Shown here: in pieces, positions 37,366 to 49,926 of the stretch | Layout: each line of letters begins with the position of its first letter | Numbering within the stretch: position 1 is the stretch's first letter | NCBI RefSeq assembly: GCF_963506605.1 | Contig: NC_083280.1 | Span: forward strand, 56,358,001-56,422,000 | Direction: 5' to 3' | DNA: 64,000 nucleotides | Origin: Zootoca vivipara | Lineage: Eukaryota | Made by a program: the position numbers and the translations under genes | The notes under the pieces: model-generated | What the model was told of the DNA's origin: nothing | Databases searched by the model: none | Seen by the model: only the letters and a program-made list of their open reading frames with translations

Positions 37366-37485
37366 CAGGCATCCCCAAACTTCAGCCCTCCAGATGTTTG
37401 GGACTACAATTCCCATCACCCCTGACCACTGGTCCTCTTAGCTAGGGATCATGGGAGTTCTAGGGCCGCAGTTTGGGGATGCCTG
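37366..37485. mobile_element. hAT MITE of the 136-bp family with internal deletion
   Basis: TIR CAGGCATCCCCAAAC; perfect TSD ATGTAAAA. Confidence 0.92.
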
Positions 37486-38464
37486 ATGTAAAAGGATCAA
37501 ATGGAGAATCCCCACTCAGCCATGAAGCTCACTGGGTGACCTTGGGCCAGTCATCAGCTCTTAGCCTAACCTACCTCACAGAGTTGTTGTGAGATTAAAA
37601 TGGGGAGAAGGAGAACCACGTACACCAGCTTAATGTCCTTGGAAGAAAAATGTCTGGTCAAATGACCACTATTTAGATGCATTTTCACATAGGACAAATA
37701 AATAAGCATCTGGCTACCTATTCCCCCTCGAAGAGAGCAGGATGTACTGGGAGCAGTGAATGTTAGTCATGTGTGATATTGAGGATCTCTCTGTTCTGAC
37801 ATAACGGGGGGGGGGGGAGATAGTGGTTCTGATGCAGCTATATAAATTGGACAACAAGATTCAATATCAGATATAAAACACACCAGTAACATATCTAATT
37901 TCAGGTAAACTGGAGCAGTAAACAAGGGTCATTGGGCAGTTTTCTAGATGCAGTGCTTCATTTCTGTAAACTGCTTTATTTACTTGTGTTTAGTCTACAC
38001 AATGTTCCAACTTAATGAAGGATCTGGCATAAATCATAGTTAAAGACATGCCAAAGATATCAAAGATTTGTTTTTATTTTTTATTGGCTGGCAGGTAGAC
38101 CATGAATTCCATGCTAACTCAAGTGAACTGACAATTTCAAGAACTTTTGCTACTGCTGCAGTAAATAGTACATTTGAACCAGATTGTTGTTCTGCCTGTT
38201 TATGTGCCGTGAATAAACAGGGCCTTTCTCTGAACGTCTTCCATTACCAGTTTCTGCTTAATAATTTTCAGTGACCATATTATAATCCTTGCAGACCTCA
38301 TAATTACTACATAGCACAGTAGCAGTAAACAATCTCATTGTGTTTACTTCATCACTCTTACAAAAGATTCATAAACTACACTTGCCAAAATCATTGTCAC
38401 AAATAGAAGTTTTCTTTCCAAACCTCAAATCCACCTTTCCCTCCACCCGTAACATAGACAACCC

Positions 38465-38763
38465 AACTGACAACTGGGAAACACTGGCCTGCGAGCGCTC
38501 CAGTTGGAGAACAGCCTTTACCAAAGGTGTCATGGGCTTTTAGAAACTCGATCTCAGGATGCAAGGGAAAAACGTGCTAAGAGGAAGGCACGTTTGGCAA
38601 ACCCACACCGTGATCAACTCCCGACCAGAAACCAATGTCCCCACTGTGGAAGGACGTGTGGATCCAGAATTGGCCTCCACAGTCACTTACAGACCCATTG
38701 TTAAAACCGTGTTTATGGAAGACAATCTTACTCGGATATGAGTGATTGCCAAAGAAGAAGAAG
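38465..38763 (+). mobile_element. RTE-clade LINE (non-BovB) 3' end with C-terminal C2H2 zinc finger
   Basis: WETLACERSSWR..CPHCGRTCGSRIGLHSHLQTH; (GAA)n tail; TSD AGACAACCC. Confidence 0.9.
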
Positions 38764-39170
38764 AGACAACCCCTTTCCACTGTTGCCTTATGTTGGTCTT
38801 TTTCTCCTCCTTTCACTCTCTCTCTTTCTCCATCTTTTTCTTTCATCGCCATCGTTCAGCTTTCTAACATCTCCCCCTCCCCATATTTCTGAAATGATAT
38901 CTAAATCAAATAAAGGAGAAAATGGTGGCTCCAGCACTAGTTTTGACCTACCATTTGAAGGCCAAGGTGTGCACAATAGAGAAAAGTCATTGGTTGAACA
39001 TTTCATCCACTGGTGGACATACAGATAGACAATATTGTACAACCCAGAACAATATTCTAGGATCCATAACAGCTGGCTGTAAACTGGTTATGGTAATAAC
39101 CATGCATTACATTTGCCTCATAGCAGCTGTAGAGGAAATAAGGGGAAATGTAACATATAGAATCACTATA

Positions 39171-39500
39171 GGTAACAGACGACTCTGTGGTTGCAGCACT
39201 CATCTCGCTCTATAGGCCGAGGAAGCCAGCGTTTGACCGCAGACAGCTTCCGGGTCACATGGCCAGCATGACTAAGCTGCTTCTGGCGAACCAGAGCAGC
39301 ACACAGAAACACCATTTACCTTCCCGCCAGAGTAATACCTATTTATCTACTTGCATTTTGACGTGCTTTCGAACTACTAGGTTGGCAGGAGCTGGGACCA
39401 AGCAATGGGAGCTCACTCCGTCATGGGGATTCGAACTGCCGACCTTCTGATCGGCAAGCCCTAGGCTCTGTGGTTTAGACCACAGTGCCACCCGCGTCCC
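39171..39500 (-). mobile_element. Sauria SINE with shortened tail
   Basis: Homologous to 12076-12445; perfect 12-bp TSD AGAATCACTATA. Confidence 0.95.
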
Positions 39501-40924
39501 AGAATCACTATAAGGCTCATATAAAACAATTTAAGGTCCAACAGGCATAATTCTTTATAAATACGTCAGCTGATAAATCCTGTTGCTTATCAAAGCCAGA
39601 TAACTTTTGCACAGGTATATTCCATTTCCATATATGTTTTAAATTGAATCCATCATGGCTAACTTGTATATGAACTGGATTAAACCAGTTTTCAATACAG
39701 TAGGGCAAAAACATTAATATAGAATTCCAGTTTGAGAAATGTGCATTAGTCCTATAAGTATGTTATGAATTTTAGCCTTCGAAGTAGCCTTGGCACCCGA
39801 CTGTCAGTAATCCATCAGTGAGCCATAAAAATGCCATAGGTCTGCGGATCTGTTGTAAAATGAGATAGGAACATCTGTCTGTTCTAACTTTATTATTCCT
39901 ACACTGTGAAATATGACACAATATATGAACAGTTTTGAATTTTATAGATACGAAAAAGACAAAGTAAGCAATCAAACTGATAAAGATGTTGTTAGGAATT
40001 GTAAAAAGAAAGGAAAAAGAAATGGTACACGATGTACAAAGTCAACACCTGCTTTTACAGTGAGAGATGGCCAGTTTGATTTCAAATCACAGAGACAGGC
40101 ATGTTTCAGCCCTTCCATAAATAAGGGTTTAATTGGAGCCACAGTGAGAGCCTAGAAGGGATGCAGCATTAAAGCCAGCAGCTTTAATTCTAGACGAAGA
40201 GTGGAAATGGGAGGTGAAATTGAATGGAATATACTAATGGAAAGAAATGATGCAAAGAATAAAAAGACTAACATTCAAGTGGACCCTGAGGTCATGGGAT
40301 TCATTAGGCAGCACAGACCCTAGGGGAGAAAGTGAAGAATATGGATGTACAATGAGATGAAGAGAGTAATCATTGATACAGAAAAGAGATAAAATATAAA
40401 AACAGGATGAGCTCACAGAATTCTGTTAGAATACTCTGGCAAAATTACAGGAGAAGCAATGGCAAAGAATGAAGTGAAATTTTTAGCAGAGGACGAGCAG
40501 TAAAAAAACTATTCTGAGTGCAAAAAAAGAGGAAAGGTCAAGAGATAAAGTACAATGAGAGCTGATATAAGAACAATAATTTATTGACAATAGCTTCAGA
40601 CTTGGCTCATGGGGAAAAGGAAGTAAGGAATGGATTGTCCTTCTCAACATTCAAGAAAAAAGTATGCAGGAAAGATGCCAATATCCAATGCACATTCTTT
40701 TTAAAGGACAAAGTAAATAAATCGGTATATATGGCAGAAAATTATTATTACTCCAATAGCACATGAAGAAATTAAACAATTGCAGGAACGCAAATGTCCA
40801 GATTTAGACCAATCCAGACTGTGAAAGGAAGGTCATAACAAAGCACAAGGCTCCACAGACTATAAAATTATTATCATATCGTTTATTCATGAAACCATAG
40901 TGAAGAAAACCTAGAAAACCCAAG

Positions 40925-41149
40925 AAAGAAGATTCCACCTAAACATTAGGAAGAACTCCTGACAGTAAGAGCTGTTCGGCAGTGGAATTTGCTACCAAGG
41001 AGTGTGGTGGAGTCTCCTTCTTTGGAGGTCTTTAAGCAGAGGCTTGACAGGCATATGTCAAGAATGCTTTGATGGTGTTTCCTGCTTGGCAGGGGGTTGG
41101 ACTGGATGGCCCTTGTGGTCTCTTCCAACTCTATGATTCTATGATTCTA
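40925..41149 (+). mobile_element. CR1 3' end, relatively young
   Basis: AGATTCCACCTAAACATTAGGAAGAAC...; (ATTCTATG)n tail. Confidence 0.92.
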
Positions 41150-43009
41150 GTGCTCATCTTTCAGATTTCAGTGGATTCTGGAATAATGGAGTTGTGGATT
41201 AGAGCTAGTCTGCCATCCTTCCTCCGCCACCTCATTTTAAGGAACAGAGCTGGTGATATTTGATCACCTGTGAAGAACATCAAGACTGAAGATTCCACTG
41301 TCGGAAAATGTGAATAATTTAATGTGAAACTAAAATAACAAATTAGCTTTGTTGGGCGGGGGTGTCACAGAAATTCTGAGTCTTTGAGAATGTTCTAGCA
41401 CTCTGATATATTGTCGCAACACCTCCATTTTGTCCCTACGCCTTCAGATTGTCTTTCTTTAGCTGCCAAGCTGGCAATGGCTAGTAGCAAATAGCAATGG
41501 TGCTTGGCTATCCAAGTCACCATCCACATTCCTTTGAAATGAAGAGCAGAGATAGTCCAAGCTCACACATGTCCCAGATGTCCCAATCACCCCTTCACCA
41601 CAGGGCAATCAGGACAAGACCTAGACACTCATAAATGGACAGTAGTGAGAGCCCTGTGTGCCTTTGCAACCTTCCCATCTAGTTCCTGCTCAACCAAGAA
41701 GCCCCCTGCAACCCTTTCTCAGAACCATCTCTGGTACCTCCAGCCCTTTTGATTCTCATGGAACTTATTGTTATTGTTAGCACCCTAGCCTTTTGTTTTC
41801 TTCGAAGTCTTTGGAATCTGGTGTTTGGTGTGCTCTCAGATGTGGTAAAGCGGCGGACACTCTGCTTGACCAACTCTTTGAACTCCCATCTTTGAGAAAT
41901 GTGTTCTTGGCCAGTTGAAGCCCTTCTGTTGCTTGGGAATACCTGATCTCCTGATCAGCATCCTGAATGAATGGCTGCATTCTAACCTGCCACAAATGTG
42001 GAGATCCTATTTCTAAGAGCAAATAATGTACATTAGTACTAATAGCAGAGCTGCTCTCTGGCGTTTATTCTAGTTGCAAAGGGAAATTTTATTTTAAAAA
42101 ATGTTTTTCTTTTAAATAGATCACAGATGAACCATCATTATTTTAAATATTTGTAGGCTGCTGGGGGGAGGGGGGCAAATGACCATGTAAATCATCTTGC
42201 AGTCAAAACTAAGAGAAAGTTCACAGTAGTACAAAGTTATAAAACTTCATCCTATTAGATGCTAAGAGTTTGAGCTATGAAGTGGTAAATTATGAACCTT
42301 ACCATATTTAAAAGGTAAACATTTGGGAGAAAGGTCAGTGTCTCCGGTAAAAAAAAATTATTCTTTTTCAATCAGCCATGCATTTCTAGATTCCCTAAAT
42401 ACTCTTTTGCTTAGCGTGGAAAACATATTGATGTTCCTAGGAAGACCAAAAAAAAATAGCACGAAGGAATTGCCAAGATGATCTTCAAAGAAATAAACTA
42501 TTTACATGAGCTATTTTAAAGTAACAAACAAATGTTGCCTATCATTTGTGCACAGATATTATCTTACTTCTGCACTTTGCACTCAAGCATATTTTTAAAA
42601 GGTCTGCTTTTAAACATACCAAATCAACAATGCACATTTCACTCTTCTCTGAACTGCTATCATCTACCAGCATCAAGTGCATATATTTTCCATGCTTCTT
42701 ACAATCACTAAATCAAAGATACTGGGCTGATTAAAATGCTTTTCTAAGTATTTTTGCCCCCAATCTGGATCTTACTTGCTTACCCCAATCATAAAAAATG
42801 TTATCATCTAACCGCACCAGGTACATATATTTTCCATAGTTATTATTATTTATCACTAAATCAAAGGTACTTGGCTGATTAAAATACTTTTCTAAGTTTT
42901 ATTGCAAACTGGAACATATATACCAACTCTAGTCTTAAACAAGAATCTTTGTTCTGCATTTTGTAAAGACGTAAACATTTCTGCAATATTATGCTACCAT
43001 CATCTACTG

Positions 43010-43224
43010 CAGGGGTCCCCAGACTACGGCCTGGGGACCCCTGCCGCACGCTCTTATCGGCACAGCAAGGCTGCCCACCAGAAATGACGCTGGCGCATGT
43101 GCACAAGCTATTTTCGGTGACCTGGAAGCACGACGGAAATTGCATATAGGCATGTGCTCCAGCCCGCCGCATGATTCGGCGCTCGAGGCACCAGCCCAAG
43201 GCCAGGTAAGTCTGGGGACCCCTG
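43010..43224. mobile_element. hAT MITE related to 5282-5716
   Basis: TIR CAGGGGTCCCCAGACT; perfect TSD ATCTACTG. Confidence 0.92.
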
Positions 43225-45293
43225 ATCTACTGTATATAACTGTGAAGTGGCCTCAGTCATCAGGAAAAAACATTTTGAAGCACTTGGCAAGCTCCGTCAC
43301 AGTCAGAGTTTATGCATTTTCTAAGACATTATACCAGGACCAAAACCAGGAGGAACCCCATGTCCAATATCCGGCTTCACAACTTTGCCTTCCACCCCTC
43401 TCCACAGAGCACAAAATGCCCAGGCATAAATAACCAAGGAAGGAATAGTGAGGGTGTCCTTTTCTTAATATAGAATGCTGTAGTCAGGCATGCAAAGTGG
43501 ATTCCATATTTATTGCTGAAATAGATCCCCATCGTTTTAAAGATGACCCAAAAAAATCAAACATAGATGTAGATGACAGGTTGCTAACCCCCACTTTGAG
43601 GGGAGCAGCTTATTTGGGACAGAAAGGAGTTCAGAAGATCTGCTGTGTTGCCCTAATACAGTACCCTATACAACACCCCAACTTGAGTCACACACTGTGG
43701 TTGTGAGACTCCTGTGGCCCTCTAGGTGTCGTTGACTACAACTTCCATCATCCCTGACCATTGACCATGTTTTCTGGGGCTGATGGGAGCTGGAGTCCAA
43801 CAACAACTGGAAGCCCATGTGTATTAAAGTGCTCCTGTGCCATATAATTTTTGTCTTTTGGGTTAGTTAAAAGGCAATATGAGAAAAGAACAAGAGTGAT
43901 GCTCCTTGGAAACTAGAGCTGATTGAAATTGGCTCACAAATTTCTCTACCTGATTTGCAGGTAGCAAAATGGAGGAAAGGCAGAAATGTCTACAGAAATA
44001 TAGATGCAGAAATTTCAGTTTGTCTTTTCTAAGTTCAGCTGAACTAATAATGAATGAAACTATATTGAATGGAACTCTAAATGAAAGTATGTTGTTAGCT
44101 CTTACTGGAGGGTGAAGGATAAAATGGGCTAAGAGAGGAGGAAAAAGTAGAGGCCAATGCCCATTGCTTCCTTTGGCAATATTAAAATAATTTTAAATAA
44201 TAAAGCTGGATCTACCACTGTGTCCTATCTGCAAGCTGTCAAATTGGTGGAGGAGATGTTGCTAAATATGCTTCAGGGGGGTGAAATTCTCCAACTGTTC
44301 AGAGGAGCCCCAAAAAGAAAATTATCACAAAGGTTATCATAAAATTATTTTCTAAGGAATTTCACCCCAGGTCTAGTACTAATGAGAATGTAACTCAGGT
44401 GGCAAGCCTAGATAGATGTGAAGCTAGGTGGTGAACTGAGCTCTCACAGAGATAGCTGCTGTTGTACAAGCAGCTTTTGAATTTCGGAAGCAAGAATAGC
44501 AGGTTAAACAAATAAAGAAAAAAGCACCCAGCCTGCCTGAGGTCTCAGCTTTATTTATAAAATGTCAACCAAAGGACCGCAAACTGGTGGGATTTCAAGC
44601 TACTCTCTCTTCATGCCACTTCACAGTCAGTAAATTCTAGACAAACAGTATCAAACCAGACAAAACAAGCCAGAAGCAGGACAGGGAAGCTTTGCTGTCT
44701 CCAGGGCATCCTGTCCTGGCTTCTGGGCAGTGAACCTGCTCTCACCTTTGCAAATGAAGCATTTCATAGATATTTAAAAAAACAAAGAACAAGACTCTTT
44801 TCCCCTTGGTGCTGCACGAAGCTCAAAACACTTAAGCTTGAATTGGAGCACATGTTCCAGAAAGTGATAGCCAGCCTTCATTTTTAAAATCCAAACAACC
44901 AGTTTTCCCTTTCAAGTTCTCAGCCTCCAGTATGTTTACTCTTAGCTCTCCTCCCCACTTCCACACACACACCATGGAATTTGTGTATCTCTGCCTGGGA
45001 TAACTCTCTGCTTGCTTCCACATGCTGTCGCTGTTCTCTTTCTGCAAGGGTGTCTCTTTGCCCATAAAGTAGCCACAGCTTGCAGATAGCGATCTGGGAA
45101 GTTGCATAGCATCCCAACTGGATGAAGCCCCTGTTGAGAATCAACTGCCATAGGGGTTCATTTTCAGACATCTACACTCAACATGTAACTGTCACGGATG
45201 GGGCTCCTCTGGGCATGGGATATCATGAATGGGCCCAGTCAGTGGAGAGTAGACATGCATCGGAAGAACCCTGCTGGATTAAACCAATGGTAC

Positions 45294-45680
45294 CATGGGC
45301 GTACCCAGGATCAAAACTAGGGGGGGGGCAAGGGGAGGGGCCAAGGCACGGAAGGGGAGGGGCCACAAAGTGGGCGGGAACGGCGAACTCGCCCTCCGCC
45401 GGGCTGTGCCCCTCCCTAGAAGCAGGGCTGGTGGGCGGAGGCGGAGCCCAGCCCAGCGGAGCGCGAGTTCAGCGTTCCCGCCCGCCGCGCCGCGCTCTCT
45501 GGTTCCCCGCTGCGCTTGGCCTTGCCAGAGGGCGCGACGGGGAGCTGGAGGGAGGGCGCAGCGCGGCGGGCGGGAACGGCGAACTCGCGCTCCGCCGGGC
45601 TGTGCTCCGCCTCTGCCCACCAGCCCTGCTTCTAGAGTAGGGCAGCTGCCCTAACTTGCCGCATGGTGGGTACGCCCTTG
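45294..45680. mobile_element. GC-rich hAT MITE, 387 bp, nested in a CR1 3' relic
   Basis: TIR CATGGGCGTACCCA / TGGGTACGCCCTTG; perfect TSD AATGGTAC; flanks rejoin into CR1 antisense. Confidence 0.9.
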
Positions 45681-47740
45681 AATGGTACCATCTAGTCCAG
45701 CATCCCGTTTCCTACTCTGGAAAACCATGTGCATTTCAAACAGGAAGGCAGCAGTCCCCCCCCCCCCCCATGGTTGTTCTAAAGCAGCTGGATCTGGTGT
45801 CTGCATAGAGTCATCGTGACTAGAGCATAGAGTCATTCTAACTGGAAGAAATGTGATTGCAGATAGAAAATAAGAGTAAAACAAACAATGGAAGGGATAA
45901 TGGCATCCATGTGGAGAGCTATGGAAAGAGTACTAAACTAGCCAGAATTTCATCAGACCACTTCTTATCTGCACTACACACTGTGTTATGATTCAGCATA
46001 ATGGCAACAAGCAATGACATCACAACTCAAAAGTGTACACAATCCTGAAAAATTCCTAAGTCTCAAGCTCTGTTGCTACTACCCTGTTGCTACTACCCTG
46101 GCACCTGTCGAGGTTGAAATCCTATGCACACTTACGAGAGAGTACAGTCCATTGAATATAGTGGGACTTACATCCAAGGAAACACATAATACTCAAACAT
46201 CTCAAACAGGCATTGGTCATAGAGTACAGGATGGGACAGTAGCCTTTAGAGCAGCTGTGAAGGACCAGCAAGGTGAAAACTTCCTAAAGATGGAAGGGAA
46301 CAATGAAACCCCAGGAAATGATAGCCTAATTGGCCTTTTCCTACTAGAGTGCTTTGACTGTTTTTATTTTAAAATTCTTGTGCTATTAATTAATCAGTCT
46401 GATCATCACCCACTCTGAGCTGTCCAAGGATAAGACCTGCTAACTACAAGAGCTATAAACCATATGTCCTATTTCTTATCCCAGCCGTCTTACAATGCGT
46501 GCCATACTTAACATCACATGTGGCAGCACTTATGTAAAATTGCATGTTTAAAAAATAGCTCAGCAAGCTACAACAATACTAACCTAAAACGCACTGAGAT
46601 GAGTTTGACCCCCTTTTGCTTCAGGAAATCACTGGCACAGTCCCAAAGCTTTGTAAGCAAAAGCCTGAGGTTTTACTGGTGTTTTCACACCCTTCCAGCA
46701 CTGGACACAATCCAGCCCAAGTCAAGCACTTTGTGTCCGCTGAGTTCCCTGGGAGAGAGTTAAGCACACATTTAACTCTTCCATTAAAATCAGCACCAAA
46801 AAGAATATGCCTAACTTGGGCTGGATGTTGGCCTTTGATTCTGTCAAGGCATCACAAGACCTAAGGATTCTTGTGCTGTAAGGCAAGTCCATGGCTTGTT
46901 TGTAAAAAAAAAATGTATGTGATAAAGATGAAGGGAAAACATGCTCATCTTAGCAACCACCAACATTATATCAAAATGAAAGCTAAATGAAAGCTAATTA
47001 CCCCTATGGGCTCGGCACCTGTTTTATGAAGCTTTGATCCTACATTTGTAATATTACTTTCCCGTTCTGATATGTATTTGCTTAATCTCTAGATGCTATT
47101 CATTCTCAAATATAGGTAAATGATGACCTCATTACATATGTCCCATGATTTACTAAAAAATTCTTTTAACCATTTATCTTTGCTAAAGCAGCAGCTGCAG
47201 AATCAGGGTTCTCAAGCCACAGGTAGTCCTTGTCAAGAACTCCCTTAGAAAACTCCTTGGTCCTTTACCTGGTTTCTTGGCTCTTATGCTGCCCAGTGCA
47301 GATTTAGCTCAAAATGAACACCTAGGCTTAGAAACACCCTGCAAAGCCAGAGAAGGGCTCAGAGGAGTTCAGATTTGCAGGAATTCCAAAGGAAGATGCC
47401 CAAACCTCCAGAGTGATCAGGTCTAATGATTTATCAAAGAAGGGTATAAACTTACAGCAAAGGTCTGAAGGCTTCCTCCTCTACTTGGCTCACAGCATTC
47501 CATGGGAGAGACTCCACAGCAAGGAGATGGCTTGTCTACCCCCAAGTAAAGAAGCACAAAATCTTTACAGCACCTGGCAGGCTATGTCACATGGGAACAC
47601 AGGTGGCTGGTATTAATCATTACCTCCCTCTCTAGCTATGCCTATGAGCTTAGTGCTACACTTATGAGCTCAGTGCTACAGCTGCTACCAATTAGGTAGG
47701 GGTCACATGCCTAGTTTTGACTCTTTCTGAATACTTGGGG

Positions 47741-47876
47741 CAGGCATAGGCAAACTCGGCCCTCCAGATGTTTGGGGACTACAACTCCCATCATCCCTAG
47801 CTCACAGGACCAGTGGTCAGGGATGATGGGAATTGTAGTCTCAAAACATCTGGAGGACCGAGTTTGCCCATGCCTG
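47741..47876. mobile_element. 136-bp hAT MITE
   Basis: TIR CAGGCATAGGCAAACTCGG; perfect TSD ACTTGGGG. Confidence 0.95.
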
Positions 47877-48221
47877 ACTTGGGGTAATACCACATGTGCA
47901 ACTCAGCAATGCAGACTCTTGTGCCAGCCCTGAAGAGCTGCTTCCAATCCGTGTAGACAATACTGAGCTAGATGGACTAGTAGTCTTCATATAGCTTATC
48001 AACGTCTTATGTTCTGTGGAACAAGTCTCTAGTTTCAAAAAGCACACTTGCAGCACCATTTCAAGCAGTCTCTAGTGGCCATATCATCAAAAGCCTTCTT
48101 AAGATTGACTGCAAGCATCTTCTACAGATGCAACCCATGTTTTGTTTATGCCCCTGGCTCCCTTCTGAACACATAGAAAATGTCATAGAAAAGACACTAT
48201 GTAATGCAGTATTCAGCTAGG

Positions 48222-48654
48222 TGTGCCATGAGCATGCTACAGTGTCCTGGCCCTCCCCAGCCAAGGAAGGGACACTTCTGATAGTTAACTCTTTATTGAC
48301 ACAAAAAAACACTTGCAGCAGCTTCCATAGTGCTCAATACACACACACTTCTAGCCTCTAAGCATCTGTCCACAAATCTAGGCCCTGGGGAGCAGTTGCA
48401 GCAACAAGGAGAGACACACACCCCATCCTTGCAAGTTTATATACCCACTCCTGATGGGTTACTTGCCCATAACCTGCGACTTTCCTGCACAGAATTTGCT
48501 GTTGCTCTTCCTGCTTCAAGCCCCTCCTTATTCTAGGAGACAGTGGGGTGGAGGAAGGTGGGGAGACTACTGGCCCTGCAGGCAGCATCAAACCCCATAA
48601 ATCAGTGGTCCCCTCTCCCGGGTCACTCTTCTAGTCCCCTTCCTCTGGCCAACA
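48222..48654 (-). mobile_element. Possible old solo LTR
   Basis: TG..CA-like ends; minus-strand TATAAA (48436-48441) about 140 bp before AATAAA (48292-48297); no TSD found. Confidence 0.4.
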
Positions 48655-49356
48655 CTCTTCAGAGTCCTGTGAATTCCCTGGCATACAGTGACTCATCCAG
48701 GAGATTTTTTATTTATTTTTTACACTCAGTATCAAATTAACTTTTACATAAAACAGGATTGCTCTTTTTGATTAAGCAGGACCCCATGTGATCAATGAGA
48801 GGTCAGGGAGTCTCTAGTTAAAAATGCTGATTAGCTTTAATTTTAAACTTGGATTGGACCAATGTTGAACCAGAAAATAACAACAACAAATTAATTAGGT
48901 TGCAGATGGAACAAACTGTGTCTTGTTTTTTTTTTTGGCTTCTTTTTCTATGTTAATGGAAAGTGATAATCACCGTGCTTGATAATGTTAAAGAGATTTG
49001 AATGAATGTGCTGTTACTTTCATGGGTTTATTCCAGTTGCAACTTGTATGGTGGTAAATGAGAAGGCTCTCTTAATGAAATAATTAGAGTACAGTTTCTA
49101 AAATGGCAGAGCAATTGAGATCAGAATTAAAATAATCCTGTCCCTCCATTATGGAAGATTCTGTAATTTTGACAACTTACAGGCGTGTGATTTAAAAAAC
49201 AAAAAACAAACAAACTTTGGTATTCATCACAACAAAAAAGTTGATCTTCCTTAAGGTGTCTCAGTTTAAGCAAGAATGAGAAAGACACAGATACAGGAAG
49301 CTAGGTTTTGGGCTCTATGAGCATCTTAGGGTACTGGATGCATCCCTATAGATTTG

Positions 49357-49680
49357 CATACTCTCCAACATTTCTACAATGAAAATAGGGACATCCCATT
49401 CTATAATGGTAATTTTACTATTTGTACCCCACACATCTTACGGGGTTGACCCAGCCACTGTGAACAGCTTCCAACATAGATAAGAACATAATAAAACATT
49501 AAACTTTTTTTAAAAAAACAAACCTTCCCGATACAGGATTGCCTTCAGATGGCTCGTGGGTTGGATAGCTCAACACCCTCCATCATTTCTCCAATGAAAA
49601 TAGGGATCGAATCAGCCCAGGATGGTTTTTCTAAATCAGGGACATCCCTGGAAAATACCGGTAGGGACACTTGGAGGGTG
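49357..49680 (+). mobile_element. Composite hAT-like MITE carrying a captured L2 tail
   Basis: Ends CATACTCTCCAA / TTGGAGGGTG; TSD TAGATTTG/TGGATCTG (6/8); inverted paralog at 51254-51956. Confidence 0.75.
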
Positions 49681-49926
49681 TGGATCTGATGAGGGAGGAA
49701 TGGCTGTGTCTCTACCTACATTCTTTCTGTATACGGTAAATATGGTAATTATTGAAAACACCATGAAAATTGATGATTTCCTGCCCAAGGGAATCAAATG
49801 TGCAGAAGCACTGTGCCCCTTGACATTTTCACTGCCCAAAGAAATAGGTTGTTATGAGCTTAAGGTTTATTGATTACCAAAGAATGGACAGCTAATATGT
49901 AGCAATGCATTTTAATAAACGAACTA

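Larger units (their letters stand above)
36860..37655 (+). mobile_element. MIR-like SINE split by a nested L2 tail and two MITEs
   Basis: Head 36860-36912 and body 37505-37655 join at GAATC; intervening minus-strand L2-like tail. Confidence 0.7.
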
